Source: Verrucomicrobiota bacterium
Lineage (GTDB): Bacteria > Verrucomicrobiota > Lentisphaeria > Lentisphaerales > Lentisphaeraceae
Reading direction: 5' to 3'
Length of the DNA stretch: 64,000 bases
Assembly: GCA_039798785.1 (NCBI GenBank)
Contig: JBDKFG010000008.1
Span: 49,279-113,278 of the forward strand
The notes beneath the pieces were generated by a model. That model made no database searches and was not told the DNA's origin. It worked only from the letters and a program-made list of their open reading frames with translations. Position numbers and translations under genes: made by a program. Shown here in pieces: positions 1 to 9,330 of the stretch; the stretch's first letter is position 1, and the number at the start of each line of letters is the position of its first letter.

Positions 1-47
1 ACACCGGGGTCGTGCTTGAAGACTTCGAGAAGACGTTCGAGGGTCAT
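1..47 (-). CDS. 5' end of an unknown CDS running off the left edge (MTLERLLEVFKHDPG...)
   Basis: ATG at 47 with AGGAG RBS just upstream, directly downstream of the nnr stop. Confidence 0.45.
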   Translation of the reverse strand, partial: MTLERLLEVFKHDPG

Positions 48-60
48 GGCTGGCTCCTGG

Positions 61-1596
61 TCAGGCGAAGGGGCTGACGAGCTTCATCGCCTGCGGGATG
101 AGCTCGGGCATGTCGTCGGCGGCGAGGCCGCGGATGCCGTGGGGGGAGAGTTCGCCGGCGAGGCCGTGGATGAAGACGGCGATGCGGACCGCGGCGCTGA
201 GATCGGATTCGATCGCGGCATAGGCGCCGATCAGTCCGGCGAGGACGTCGCCGGAGCCGGCAGTGGCGAGGGCGGAGGAGCCCGAGCTGTTGATCCAGCG
301 GCGGCCGTCGGGCGTGATGATGCGCGAGTTCTGGCCCTTGAAGACGAAGACGGCGCCGAGCAGCTTGGCGAGCTCACCGGCCTGCTCCTCGGGGTCGATG
401 CTGGAGATGCCGAATTCCTGAGCCAGGCGCTTGAGCTCGCCGGCATGAGGGGTGAGGCAGACCGGCGCGCTGCGTGGAAAGAGGGCGCGCAGGGGATGGA
501 TGTGGGCGAGAGCGCCGGCGTCGAGCACAACTTTCTTGTCGGAGCGGAGCACCGCCTCGATGACGCCGCGTTCCTCGGCGGCGCCGCTGAGACCTGGGCC
601 GACGACGACGCTGTGGGCACGGGCCAGGGGCTTGCCGAGAAGGGGCAGATGCGAAGCGGCCAGGGTCAGTCCGTCGCCGGGAAGCGGGATCTGCACCAGC
701 GCCGAGTGAGTGTTCGAGACGGTGACGATGGCTGAGGAAGGACGGGCGAGGGTGACCATGCCGGCGCCGCCGCGGAGGGCGGCGGCCGCGGCGAGCAGAG
801 GCGCACCGGAGAACTGCGAGCTGCCGCCAATGACCAGGACGTCGCCGCAGTCGTACTTGTGCCAATGCGAGGGGCGGCGGCGGATCAGAGGACAGACGTC
901 CGGAGTGAAGAGGGCTTCGCCTTCCGAAGGAGCCAGCTCCAACAAGTGCGAAGGAAAGCCGATGTCGACGCAGCGAAGGCGGCCGGTGTGCCGGGGGCCG
1001 TCGCCGGCGAAATAGCCCCGTTTAGGCAGGCCGATGGCGATGGTCAGGTCGGCAACCACCGCCGCCCCCATGGCGAGACCGCTGCTGCCGTTCAGACCGG
1101 AGGCGATGTCGACGGCGACCACCGGCAGGCCGGAGGCGTTCAGATCGTGAATCATTCCGAGATAGGGCTGGCGGACCGGACGGTTGACGCCGGTGCCGAA
1201 GATGCAGTCGACGACGATGTCGCCGCGGCGCAGGTGTTCGCTGAGGAAGGAGACTCGTTCGAACTGGACATCGCCGGAGGCCAGGAGGGCGCGGGCCTTG
1301 TCTTCGGCGTCGGACTTGAGTTGTTCGATCGAATGGGAGCAATAAACCGCGACGGGCCAGCGCTTCATCTCGGCGAGGAGGCGGGCGATGACGAAGCCGT
1401 CGCCGCCGTTGTTGCCCTTGCCGCAGACGACGACGACGCGCAGGGCGTGGTCAGGGTGGATGGTGTCGAGGAAATGACAGATTTCGCGCGCGGCGGCGGC
1501 GCCGGCGCGCTCCATCAGCTCGGCTGAGCTGAGGTAGCCGCCGGAAATGGTTCCTTCATCGATGTCGCGCATCGCTTCGGCAGTGACGATCTTCAT
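61..1596 (-). CDS. nnr: Bifunctional NAD(P)H-hydrate epimerase/dehydratase (YjeF)
   Basis: LMERAG, GKGNNGGDG, VDIASG, TPHAGE and LATAGSGDVLAG motifs of YjeF_N plus carbohydrate-kinase-like domain. Confidence 0.95.
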   Translation of the reverse strand: MKIVTAEAMRDIDEGTISGGYLSSAELMERAGAAAAREICHFLDTIHPDHALRVVVVCGKGNNGGDGFVIARLLAEMKRWPVAVYCSHSIEQLKSDAEDKARALLASGDVQFERVSFLSEHLRRGDIVVDCIFGTGVNRPVRQPYLGMIHDLNASGLPVVAVDIASGLNGSSGLAMGAAVVADLTIAIGLPKRGYFAGDGPRHTGRLRCVDIGFPSHLLELAPSEGEALFTPDVCPLIRRRPSHWHKYDCGDVLVIGGSSQFSGAPLLAAAAALRGGAGMVTLARPSSAIVTVSNTHSALVQIPLPGDGLTLAASHLPLLGKPLARAHSVVVGPGLSGAAEERGVIEAVLRSDKKVVLDAGALAHIHPLRALFPRSAPVCLTPHAGELKRLAQEFGISSIDPEEQAGELAKLLGAVFVFKGQNSRIITPDGRRWINSSGSSALATAGSGDVLAGLIGAYAAIESDLSAAVRIAVFIHGLAGELSPHGIRGLAADDMPELIPQAMKLVSPFA

Positions 1597-1713
1597 GGGG
1601 GGCTCCTTGCGAAATGAGACTTGGAATCCACCTATTCTACACCGCGAAGCGAGGCATCGCCGCTCTCCCGGATTACATTCTCTCGAATGAACCAGTTCAG
1701 GAGACGGATTCCC

Positions 1714-2223
1714 ATGACGGCGAGCGGCAGGAAAGAGTTGAAGGCGGTCACTGTCTGGTGCGACGGAGCCTGCAAGGGGAACCCCGGGCCAGGCGGCTAC
1801 GGCGCCATACTCCTCTCAGGGGACAAGCGCAAGGAGCTCTCCGCCGGCTACCGCCGCACCACCAACAACCGGATGGAGATGCTCGGCTTGATCATTTCCC
1901 TGGAAACCCTCAAGTTTCCTTGCCGGGTGACGGTCTACAGCGATTCCAAATACGTTGTCGACAGCCTGAACCTGGGCTATCCCCGGCGCTGGCGCCAGAA
2001 CGGCTGGAAACTCGCGGACAAGAAGCCGGCCAAGAATGTCGACCTCTGGCAGCGACTCCTCGACCAGGTCGAGCGCCACCAGGTCGAGCTCCATTGGGTC
2101 AAAGGCCACGCCGGCACCGAGCTTAACGAAGCCGTCGATCAGCTTGCCAACCTGGCCATCAAAAACACTTCGGCCCTGCTGATCGACGAGGCCTTCGAGA
2201 AAGAGACGGATCTCTTCGGGTAG
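1714..2223 (+). CDS. rnhA: Ribonuclease HI
   Basis: DGACKGNPGPGG, TTNNRMEM, DSKYV, KNVDLW, WVKGHAG; AGGAGA RBS before ATG 1714. Confidence 0.96.
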   Translation: MTASGRKELKAVTVWCDGACKGNPGPGGYGAILLSGDKRKELSAGYRRTTNNRMEMLGLIISLETLKFPCRVTVYSDSKYVVDSLNLGYPRRWRQNGWKLADKKPAKNVDLWQRLLDQVERHQVELHWVKGHAGTELNEAVDQLANLAIKNTSALLIDEAFEKETDLFG

Positions 2224-2357
2224 ATTCGGCAGATGATCAGAGACACGAGCCCCATCACGCAAGGCCGCCGGTTTCACCATGACGACAACTAGCCTCGCGC
2301 CTGCATGGTGCTATTTTCCCCTTCTGACATCAACCCCAGAGCCCGGGAGCCCCGCAA

Positions 2358-3551
2358 ATGAGCGCCGCTTTGACTAAGCAAGACTTCGCCGAGTACATAG
2401 TCCCCACCTATAAGCCCGCCATCCTGATGAAGCGCGGCATGGGCTGCCGCCTCTGGGACGACGCCGGCCAGGAATATCTCGACTTCGCCGCCGGCATCAG
2501 CGTCTGCAACCTCGGCCACTGCCACCCCGGCGTGACCGCCGCCATCGCCCGCCAGGCCGCCACCCTCGTCCATACCTCCAACGTCTTCATGAACGAGAAC
2601 GCTCCCGAGCTGGCCAAGCAGATCGTCCGCCACAGCTTCGACGGCAAGGTCTTCTTCTCCAACTCCGGCGCCGAGGCCAACGAAGGGATGATCAAGGCCG
2701 CCCGCCGCTGGGGCTGGGCTCATGGCGGCCGCCATGACATCATCTGCCTGCACGACTCCTTCCACGGCCGCACCCTCGCCGCCCTCGCCGCCACCGGCCG
2801 CGCCAAATACCGCGAAGGCTTCGGCCCCGACATGGCCGGCTTCACCCACGTCCCCGCCAACGACCTCGCCGCCGTCGAAGCCGCAATCACCGAGAAAACC
2901 GTCGCCATCATGTGCGAATCCATCCTCGGCGAAGGCGGCGTCCTGCCCCTCACCGACGACTACCTGCGCGCCCTCCGCAAACTCTGCGATGACCGCAATC
3001 TCCTCCTCCTCGCCGACGAAGTTCAGGCCGGCATGGGCCGCACCGGCAAATGGTGGGGCTGGCAGCACAGCGACATCACCCCCGACATCATGTCCTTCGC
3101 CAAGGGCATCGGCAACGGCTTCCCCTTGGGCGGCTTCGTCCTCGGCCGCCACCTCGACGGCACCCTGCCCTATCTGTCGCACGGCACCACCTACGGCGGC
3201 AACGCCCTCGCCACCGCCGCCGGCCTGGCGGTGATGAGCGCGATGGAAAGCGAAGGCGTGATCGACAACGTCCACCGCGTCAGCGCCCGCATCTTCGAAC
3301 GCCTCAACGGCCTCCGCGAGCGCTTCCCGAAACTGATCACCGAAGTCCGCGGCCGCGGCCTGATGATCGGCATCGAGATCACCAAGACCCCCGCCGACAT
3401 CGTCGCCGCCGCACGCGCCAAACACCTGCTCATCCTCGCCGCCGGCGACAAGGCCCTCCGCCTCCTGCCGCCCCTCAACATCTCGCTCGCCGACGCCGAC
3501 AAGGCCATCGACGTGCTCGAAGGCGTGCTCGCGGAAGCCGCGAAGAACTGA
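2358..3551 (+). CDS. argD: Acetylornithine aminotransferase (class III PLP)
   Basis: NSGAEANE, SFHGRT, DEVQAGMGRTG, AKGIGNGFP; adjacent to argF. Confidence 0.92.
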   Translation: MSAALTKQDFAEYIVPTYKPAILMKRGMGCRLWDDAGQEYLDFAAGISVCNLGHCHPGVTAAIARQAATLVHTSNVFMNENAPELAKQIVRHSFDGKVFFSNSGAEANEGMIKAARRWGWAHGGRHDIICLHDSFHGRTLAALAATGRAKYREGFGPDMAGFTHVPANDLAAVEAAITEKTVAIMCESILGEGGVLPLTDDYLRALRKLCDDRNLLLLADEVQAGMGRTGKWWGWQHSDITPDIMSFAKGIGNGFPLGGFVLGRHLDGTLPYLSHGTTYGGNALATAAGLAVMSAMESEGVIDNVHRVSARIFERLNGLRERFPKLITEVRGRGLMIGIEITKTPADIVAAARAKHLLILAAGDKALRLLPPLNISLADADKAIDVLEGVLAEAAKN

Positions 3552-3563
3552 GTGCTTGCCTTC

Positions 3564-3591
3564 AATTCTTAATTCTTAATTCTTAATTCTT
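3564..3591. repeat. Heptamer tandem repeat (AATTCTT)x4
   Basis: Four exact copies between argD and argF. Confidence 0.9.
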
Positions 3592-3606
3592 AACTGAGCA
3601 CCCCCC

Positions 3607-4506
3607 ATGAAAGACCTGATGAACCTCGGCGACCTCGGCGCCGACAAGCTTGCCCAAGTGCTCGAACTCGCCGCCTGGATGAAGAAGAACCGCGGCAAGG
3701 AGCAGAAGGCCCTCGCCGGCAAGTCGATCGGCCTGATCTTCCTGAAGTCATCGACCCGCACCCGCGTCTCCTTCGAGGTCGGCGTCAACGAACTCGGCGG
3801 CTCGCCCCTCTACCTCGACAGCAACGGCCTCCAGCTCGGCCGCGGCGAGTCCTATGAAGACACCGCCCGCGTCCTCTCCCGCTACCTCCACGGCATCGTC
3901 ATCCGCGGCCACGCCCACGACCAGATCGCCGCCTTCGCCAAGGAATGCTCGGTCCCCGTCATCAACGCCCTCACCGACCGCTTCCACCCCTGCCAGCTCC
4001 TCGCCGACCTGCAGACCGTGATCGAGAAGTTCGGCCACCTCAAGGGCCTGCGCGTCAGCTTCCTCGGCGACACCGCCTGCAACATGGGCAACTCCTGGAT
4101 CCTCGCCTCGCAGCTCTGCGGCTTCGAACTCCGCCTCGGCGGACCCAAGGGCTACCAGCCCGACTTCTCACAACTGCCCGCCTGGGTCGATACCTCCAAG
4201 ATCATCGTCACCGACGACCCCGTCGCCGCCGTCAAGGACTGCCACGTCGTCAACACCGACACCTGGGTGTCGATGGGCTTCGAGGCCGAAGCCGCCGATC
4301 GTCTCAAGGCCCTCGCCCCCTTCCAGCTCAACGCCGAGCTCCTCGCCCACGCCGACAAGTCGGCCATCGTCATGCACTGCCTGCCCGCCTACCGCGGCAA
4401 GGAAGTCACCGCCGAAGTCCTCGACGGCCCCCGTTCCGTGATCTGGGACGAAGCGGAAAACCGCCTCCACGCCCAGAAGGCGCTGATGGCGACGCTGTTC
4501 AAGTGA
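3607..4506 (+). CDS. argF: Ornithine carbamoyltransferase
   Basis: STRTRVSFE, HPCQ, WVSMG, HCLP, EAENRLH motifs. Confidence 0.96.
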   Translation: MKDLMNLGDLGADKLAQVLELAAWMKKNRGKEQKALAGKSIGLIFLKSSTRTRVSFEVGVNELGGSPLYLDSNGLQLGRGESYEDTARVLSRYLHGIVIRGHAHDQIAAFAKECSVPVINALTDRFHPCQLLADLQTVIEKFGHLKGLRVSFLGDTACNMGNSWILASQLCGFELRLGGPKGYQPDFSQLPAWVDTSKIIVTDDPVAAVKDCHVVNTDTWVSMGFEAEAADRLKALAPFQLNAELLAHADKSAIVMHCLPAYRGKEVTAEVLDGPRSVIWDEAENRLHAQKALMATLFK

Positions 4507-4520
4507 GCCTTCTTCCCGGG

Positions 4521-4550
4521 AGCCCCGCATGCCGATGCGGGGTTTTTGTT
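4521..4550 (+). terminator. Intrinsic terminator after argF
   Basis: CCCCGCAT-GCCG-ATGCGGGG stem followed by TTTTTGTT. Confidence 0.75.
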
Positions 4551-4551
4551 T

Positions 4552-4576
4552 CCTGGGAGCGCCGGCTGCCAGCCGG
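4552..4576. repeat. REP-like palindrome, inverted copy of the unit in the 5734-5955 array
   Basis: CCTGGGAGCGCCGGCTGCCAGCCGG is the exact reverse complement of CCGGCTGGCAGCCGGCGCTCCCAGG found three times downstream. Confidence 0.85.
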
Positions 4577-4612
4577 CCGGAGGTTTTCGGCTTTAACGAT
4601 GAGGTATACATC

Positions 4613-5140
4613 ATGAATTTTCAAGCTCACACTCGAGATAATACTCTTGAAGTCGTTCTTTTAGTTTTGAATTTGTTTGTCGTTCTTTGTGCCGATTCAT
4701 TTGTGGTTTCTTTGTATGAACATGGGCTTCCTCCATGTGGAAATGACGGCGCATATTTAATCGCAGGCTACCTTCCATTGTTTTTCTTCTTCACTATATA
4801 TTCAAGCATTCATCAATTAAATCGGTGTTTTTTATATTATAAAAGCAAAAAATTATCGTTTTTAACCTTTCTAATAATTCTAAATATTGTAGTCATTATA
4901 TTATCTAATACTCAATTGTTTATTGGCGGATTATTAATGGTTATTATGTTCTCGTTTTGCACCCCACTACTAGTTGTTTCCTTAATAATAACATCTTTGG
5001 TTGTAGGCACTTTTATAGTTAATAAAAAAGTGTTTGAAATTATAAAACTCGATCTTCGATTTTCTTGGTCTCGAATCGGGATTTCTGTTCTGATCGGATT
5101 TTTGTTATTTGTCCTTCTTTATCCCTATCGAGGAACGTGA
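4613..5140 (+). CDS. AT-rich multi-pass membrane protein of unknown function (paralog A)
   Basis: Several hydrophobic stretches; GAGG RBS; C-terminus identical to next gene. Confidence 0.7.
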   Translation: MNFQAHTRDNTLEVVLLVLNLFVVLCADSFVVSLYEHGLPPCGNDGAYLIAGYLPLFFFFTIYSSIHQLNRCFLYYKSKKLSFLTFLIILNIVVIILSNTQLFIGGLLMVIMFSFCTPLLVVSLIITSLVVGTFIVNKKVFEIIKLDLRFSWSRIGISVLIGFLLFVLLYPYRGT

Positions 5141-5142
5141 TT

Positions 5143-5709
5143 ATGGACAATTCCGAAAGACAGAATCAAGAATTAGTCATTAATTCTTGGGCTCGTAAGC
5201 AACATAATATTATGCGAGAATTTACCCTCTTAGGTTTTAATATTTTTGTTTTGTTTATTGTTGATTCATATATGAGTTCTTTGTATGAACATGGGCGATC
5301 ATGTTATGGAATTGATATATTGGATTTGATTCCATATTTATTTATTTTTTGCTTTTATTCAAATGTTTATCAACTCGATCGGTCATTAAAACTTAAGAAT
5401 GAATTTTTTGCCGTTACATCTACTTTAATTTTATTGAATTGGTCCTTATTGTTATTCATCTATTTTGGAAACATTTTTTCGCATCTTAGAATTTCTGAAT
5501 ATTACTATATTTTATTCTTAATTTTCGCTCTTATTTTTTCTTTTGAAGGCTTCTTTTATTTTGCATTTATGTGCATTGCATTTTTTATTCATCGCCGTTA
5601 TTTTCAATGTTATTATCTCGAACTTCGATTTTCTTGGTCTCGAATCGGGATTTCTGTTCTCATCGGATTTTTGTTATTTGTTCTGCTCTACCCCTACAGA
5701 GGAACATAA
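5143..5709 (+). CDS. AT-rich multi-pass membrane protein of unknown function (paralog B)
   Basis: Shares SLYEHG..C.G.D and LRFSWSRIGISVLIGFLLFVLLYPYRGT with upstream gene. Confidence 0.7.
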   Translation: MDNSERQNQELVINSWARKQHNIMREFTLLGFNIFVLFIVDSYMSSLYEHGRSCYGIDILDLIPYLFIFCFYSNVYQLDRSLKLKNEFFAVTSTLILLNWSLLLFIYFGNIFSHLRISEYYYILFLIFALIFSFEGFFYFAFMCIAFFIHRRYFQCYYLELRFSWSRIGISVLIGFLLFVLLYPYRGT

Positions 5710-5733
5710 AGCCAGACGTGACGAGCAACAAAA

Positions 5734-5955
5734 CAACCGGCTGGCAGCCGGCGCTCCCAGGGAGCTACATCGAACACAGCGGCAGAGGACTGCCGCGTTC
5801 CCAGAATAACCAACCGGCTGGCAGCCGGCGCTCCCAGGGAGCTACATCGAACACAGCGGCAGAGGAGGACTGCCGCGTTCCCAGAATAACCAACCGGCTG
5901 GCAGCCGGCGCTCCCAGGGAGCTACATCGAACAACACAGCGGCAGAGCGCTGCCA
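5734..5955. repeat. Tandem array of ~3 units (77 bp, 80 bp, partial), each with two REP-like hairpins (BIME-like)
   Basis: Units start at 5734, 5811 and 5891; hairpins CCGGCTGGCAGCCGG-CGCTCCCAG and GCGGCAGAGGACTGCCGC-GTTCCCAG. Confidence 0.9.
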
Positions 5956-6106
5956 CTTCATCGGCTCAGCTCTTCAGCTTGACCGTGTCAGCTGGGCGCA
6001 GTAGACTGGGACGAGGCCGATAACCGCCTTCGCGCCGAACCGCCCTGGATGGCGACGCTGTTCCAACAAGGCCTCCACGCACCGCAACAAACAGGACCAG
6101 ACTGCC

Positions 6107-6931
6107 ATGGCCAGCCCCTTCGACATCGTCTCTTCATCGCCTGAACCCTTCAAGGGCAAGTCCCTATTCGTCGCCACGCCGATGTATGGCGGCCAGTGCT
6201 TCTACGGCTACATGCGCGGAGTGATGGAAGTCCAGCGCATTTGCATCCGTGAGAAGATCGGCTTCCAGATGGAGGCCATCCTCGGCAGCTCGATCATCAC
6301 TTCGGCGCGCAATTCCCTGGTCGAGAAATTTCTCGAGAGCAAGGCGACGCACCTGCTCTTCCTCGACGCCGACATCGGCTTCCAAGCACACGACGTCTTC
6401 CAGCTTCTCGCCTTTGACAAGGACATCATCGGGGCCACCTACCCGAAGAAGTTGATGGACTGGCATGCCATCCACCGTGCCGCCCATGAAGGGGGCATCA
6501 GCCGCAAGGATGCCGCCAAACTGCGCTTTGCCGCGGCGCCGATCGCCTGGCGCCCCTTGAAAGGGAAGAGCTTCAACATCGGCGGGAAGGATCCTGTCGC
6601 AGTCGAAACCCTGCCGACCGGCTTCATGATGATCAAGCGCGAAGTCATCCTCAAGTTCCTCGAAGTCTTCCCTGATCGCTACATGAAGAACGGCAAGAAA
6701 AAGACGCCGCTGATCTTCGACTTCCACTTCGACCAGGCGACCCATGAGTACTGGGGTGAAGATTATCACTTCTGCCGGGAATGGATCGCCATGGGAGGCA
6801 CCATTCTCTGCTGCCCATGGATGAAGCTGGGACACACCGGCACTTACGAGTTCCAGGGCGACCTTATCGAGACCCTGATGAGCGACAGCAGCATTCAGAA
6901 GACGCCCAACCCCGCGCTCGACAAGGCTTAG
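6107..6931 (+). CDS. Putative GT-A fold glycosyltransferase-like protein
   Basis: ATPMYGG, ARN, LFLDADI (DxD), TGFMMIKR, EDYHFC, LGHTG pattern. Confidence 0.7.
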   Translation: MASPFDIVSSSPEPFKGKSLFVATPMYGGQCFYGYMRGVMEVQRICIREKIGFQMEAILGSSIITSARNSLVEKFLESKATHLLFLDADIGFQAHDVFQLLAFDKDIIGATYPKKLMDWHAIHRAAHEGGISRKDAAKLRFAAAPIAWRPLKGKSFNIGGKDPVAVETLPTGFMMIKREVILKFLEVFPDRYMKNGKKKTPLIFDFHFDQATHEYWGEDYHFCREWIAMGGTILCCPWMKLGHTGTYEFQGDLIETLMSDSSIQKTPNPALDKA

Positions 6932-6979
6932 ACCCGCCTCTAGAAACGCCATCCATTCCGCAAACCCCGGGAATCCGCC

Positions 6980-8362
6980 ATGCACCGCCCTGCCGCCTTC
7001 GTCCTCCTCCTCTCCCCGCTCGGCCTACTCTCTTGCGCCGCGGAGTGGAGCAAGCCGGAGGCGCCGGCGCTGCCCGCCTCACTGCCGGCAAAGAGCGAGC
7101 CCCTGGCCAAATGGTGGACTCAGCTCGGCTCTCCTCAACTCGATGCCCTGGTCGAAGAGGCGATGGCCAAGAATCTGGATGTCGCGATCGCCTTGACCAA
7201 GATCGCCGAAGACGGCGGCGCCATCGACGCCATCGTGGCGGCCAGCCTGCCTTCTCTCGATGCTGGCGGCGGCGTCACCCGCAAGCAACGTTCTGCCAAT
7301 GTCAACGGCGCCGACCAGGGGCCGCCGATCAGCAACACCTGGAATGCCGCGCTGAAATTTTCCTACGAAACCGACGTTTCCGCTCTCAATCTCCGTTCTC
7401 GCAAGGCGATGGCGCATGACCTGCTCCGGGCCGACACCTATCTGGCCGCCGCCACCCGCGCCGCCCTCAGCGGCCGCGTCGTCCGCGCCGTTTTCGCCGC
7501 CGGAGCGGCGCGCAAGCAATGCGAGCAGCTTCGACTCGCCATCGCCTCCTACGATGAAAGCCTGAAGATCCGGCAGCGCCAGCTCGACATCGGCGCCGCC
7601 AGTCCTCTCGAGCTGCAGCGGATCGAGGCGGAAGCAGCTCGCCTTCGGTCCTCTCTCCCGGCTCTCGAACAAGCCGGCGAACAGGCCCTGCATCTGCTTG
7701 CGTTCCTGCTCGGACGCGATCTCGGCGACACCCGCCTGGCTGAGCAGGTAGCGGCCATCGATTTCGAGCGCATCAGCTCGCCGCTGCCCCCCCCAGAGCT
7801 CGCCGCCGACCTGCTGCAACGCCGGCCCGACGTCCTTGCCGCCGAAGCCCAGCTCGACCTGGCCGCAAATGAGGTCAACGCAGTCCGCTCCCGCTACTAT
7901 CCGAGAATTTCCCTTCTCGGCGGCATCGGCTTCGAAGCCGACCGGAGCGGCAGGCTCTTCGACTCTGATTCGAAGACCTGGAGCGGCGGCATCGGCGTGT
8001 CGCAAGCCCTGCTCGGACTTTTTGCCGTCGCCGCCGATGAAGACCGCGCCATCGCCCGGCGCGAACGCGGCGCCCTGCTCTACCGCCAAACCGCCTTCCG
8101 CGCCTGGCAGGAGGCACGCAGCAGCCTGAGCGCCTGCACCGCCGGCAGCCGCCGCGTCAGTGCCCTGCAAGAGCGCGTCGCCGCCCTCCGAGCTCAGCTT
8201 GCCAGCTTGGAGAAACGCCGCGATCTCGGCGCCGCCGGCAGCCTCGAGGTGCGAGTCGCCGAACGCGAACTGATCGATGCCGAAATCAACCTGGTCCAGG
8301 CACGCACTGATGCCGCCATCTCCCGCAGCGAGGCCATCCTCGCCCTCGGCGGGGCTTGGTGA
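6980..8362 (+). CDS. Outer-membrane efflux factor lipoprotein (TolC/OprM/NodT family)
   Basis: Lipobox LLSC, WW..LD.LV..A...N.D, LL.RRPDV.AAE, C-terminal ALGGAW. Confidence 0.9.
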   Translation: MHRPAAFVLLLSPLGLLSCAAEWSKPEAPALPASLPAKSEPLAKWWTQLGSPQLDALVEEAMAKNLDVAIALTKIAEDGGAIDAIVAASLPSLDAGGGVTRKQRSANVNGADQGPPISNTWNAALKFSYETDVSALNLRSRKAMAHDLLRADTYLAAATRAALSGRVVRAVFAAGAARKQCEQLRLAIASYDESLKIRQRQLDIGAASPLELQRIEAEAARLRSSLPALEQAGEQALHLLAFLLGRDLGDTRLAEQVAAIDFERISSPLPPPELAADLLQRRPDVLAAEAQLDLAANEVNAVRSRYYPRISLLGGIGFEADRSGRLFDSDSKTWSGGIGVSQALLGLFAVAADEDRAIARRERGALLYRQTAFRAWQEARSSLSACTAGSRRVSALQERVAALRAQLASLEKRRDLGAAGSLEVRVAERELIDAEINLVQARTDAAISRSEAILALGGAW

Positions 8363-8465
8363 GTTCTTTTCAAGCCATTAAAAATTCCGATATTTACCTC
8401 GGACGGATTTCCTCTTTTCTGCCGGCACTCTAGTTTAAGCTCGTCTAGAGACAATTGAGGGGAGC

Positions 8466-9068
8466 ATGGACGACACCCGCATCACTTTGCTGACTCGGCT
8501 GCGCGACCAGAGCGATGAGCGTTCATGGGAGGAATTCGCCCTCGCCTACCGCCCCTACATCCTCGCGCTGCTGCGTCGTTTCGGGATGAATTTCCACGAT
8601 GCCGAGGACCTGGCGCAGGAGGTCCTGTTGAAGGCCTGGCGCAGCCTCCCCGATTACCATCATCGCGGCTCTGGATGCAAATTCCGCACCTGGCTGGGGA
8701 TCATCTGCCGCAATGCCGTCCGCTCGCTGGTGCGCAGCCGTGAAGCCCGGGTGGAACGTGAAAGCCAGGAGCTGGTCGCGGCAGCTTCATGCACCGAGGC
8801 GGAGGTCGAGGCCCTGGCCGAAAAGGAATGGCGAGACTCCATCACCGCAATAGCCTGGAATCATGTCCGCTCCAGGTTTTCCGAGACGGTGCAACAATGT
8901 TTCCTGCTGTCCTCCGAAGGGCTGAGCTCTCTTGAAATCGGCACCCGCCTCGGCCTCGCCGACAGCAGCGTCCGGGTCAACAAGCAACGCGTCACCGCGG
9001 CCCTCTACAAAGAGCTCGTCCGCCTCGACAGCTACCTCGGCGATGGCCAGGGCGGGGAGTCCTCCTAG
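8466..9068 (+). CDS. ECF-type RNA polymerase sigma factor
   Basis: TRITLL.RL...SWEEF N-terminus, DAEDLAQEV and FRTWL region 2, region 4 HTH. Confidence 0.9.
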   Translation: MDDTRITLLTRLRDQSDERSWEEFALAYRPYILALLRRFGMNFHDAEDLAQEVLLKAWRSLPDYHHRGSGCKFRTWLGIICRNAVRSLVRSREARVERESQELVAAASCTEAEVEALAEKEWRDSITAIAWNHVRSRFSETVQQCFLLSSEGLSSLEIGTRLGLADSSVRVNKQRVTAALYKELVRLDSYLGDGQGGESS

Positions 9069-9330
9069 AAAACACAGCCCCTTCGTTGAAGGGTAGAGAC
9101 TCGAGGCATTTGAGCCATTCTCGTCACGACTTGGAAGTGCACTGGAGCCGAAGCTTGCCAGGCCCACACTGTTTTGCTGTTAAAACTTGCTGCAGCAGCT
9201 CTACCTTTCGACCTTTCGACCGGCGGGATTAGATTCCTCCGTCTCCCCTCCCCCAAGCAGCTGCTTGAAAATATTGAATTACATTATAGATTTTAATATC
9301 AATAAAGTCAATAACCTCCGGAGGCCCTCG

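Noticed and set aside
5734..5955. CRISPR array
   Set aside because: Intervening sequences are near-identical rather than unique spacers, and no cas genes are in the window
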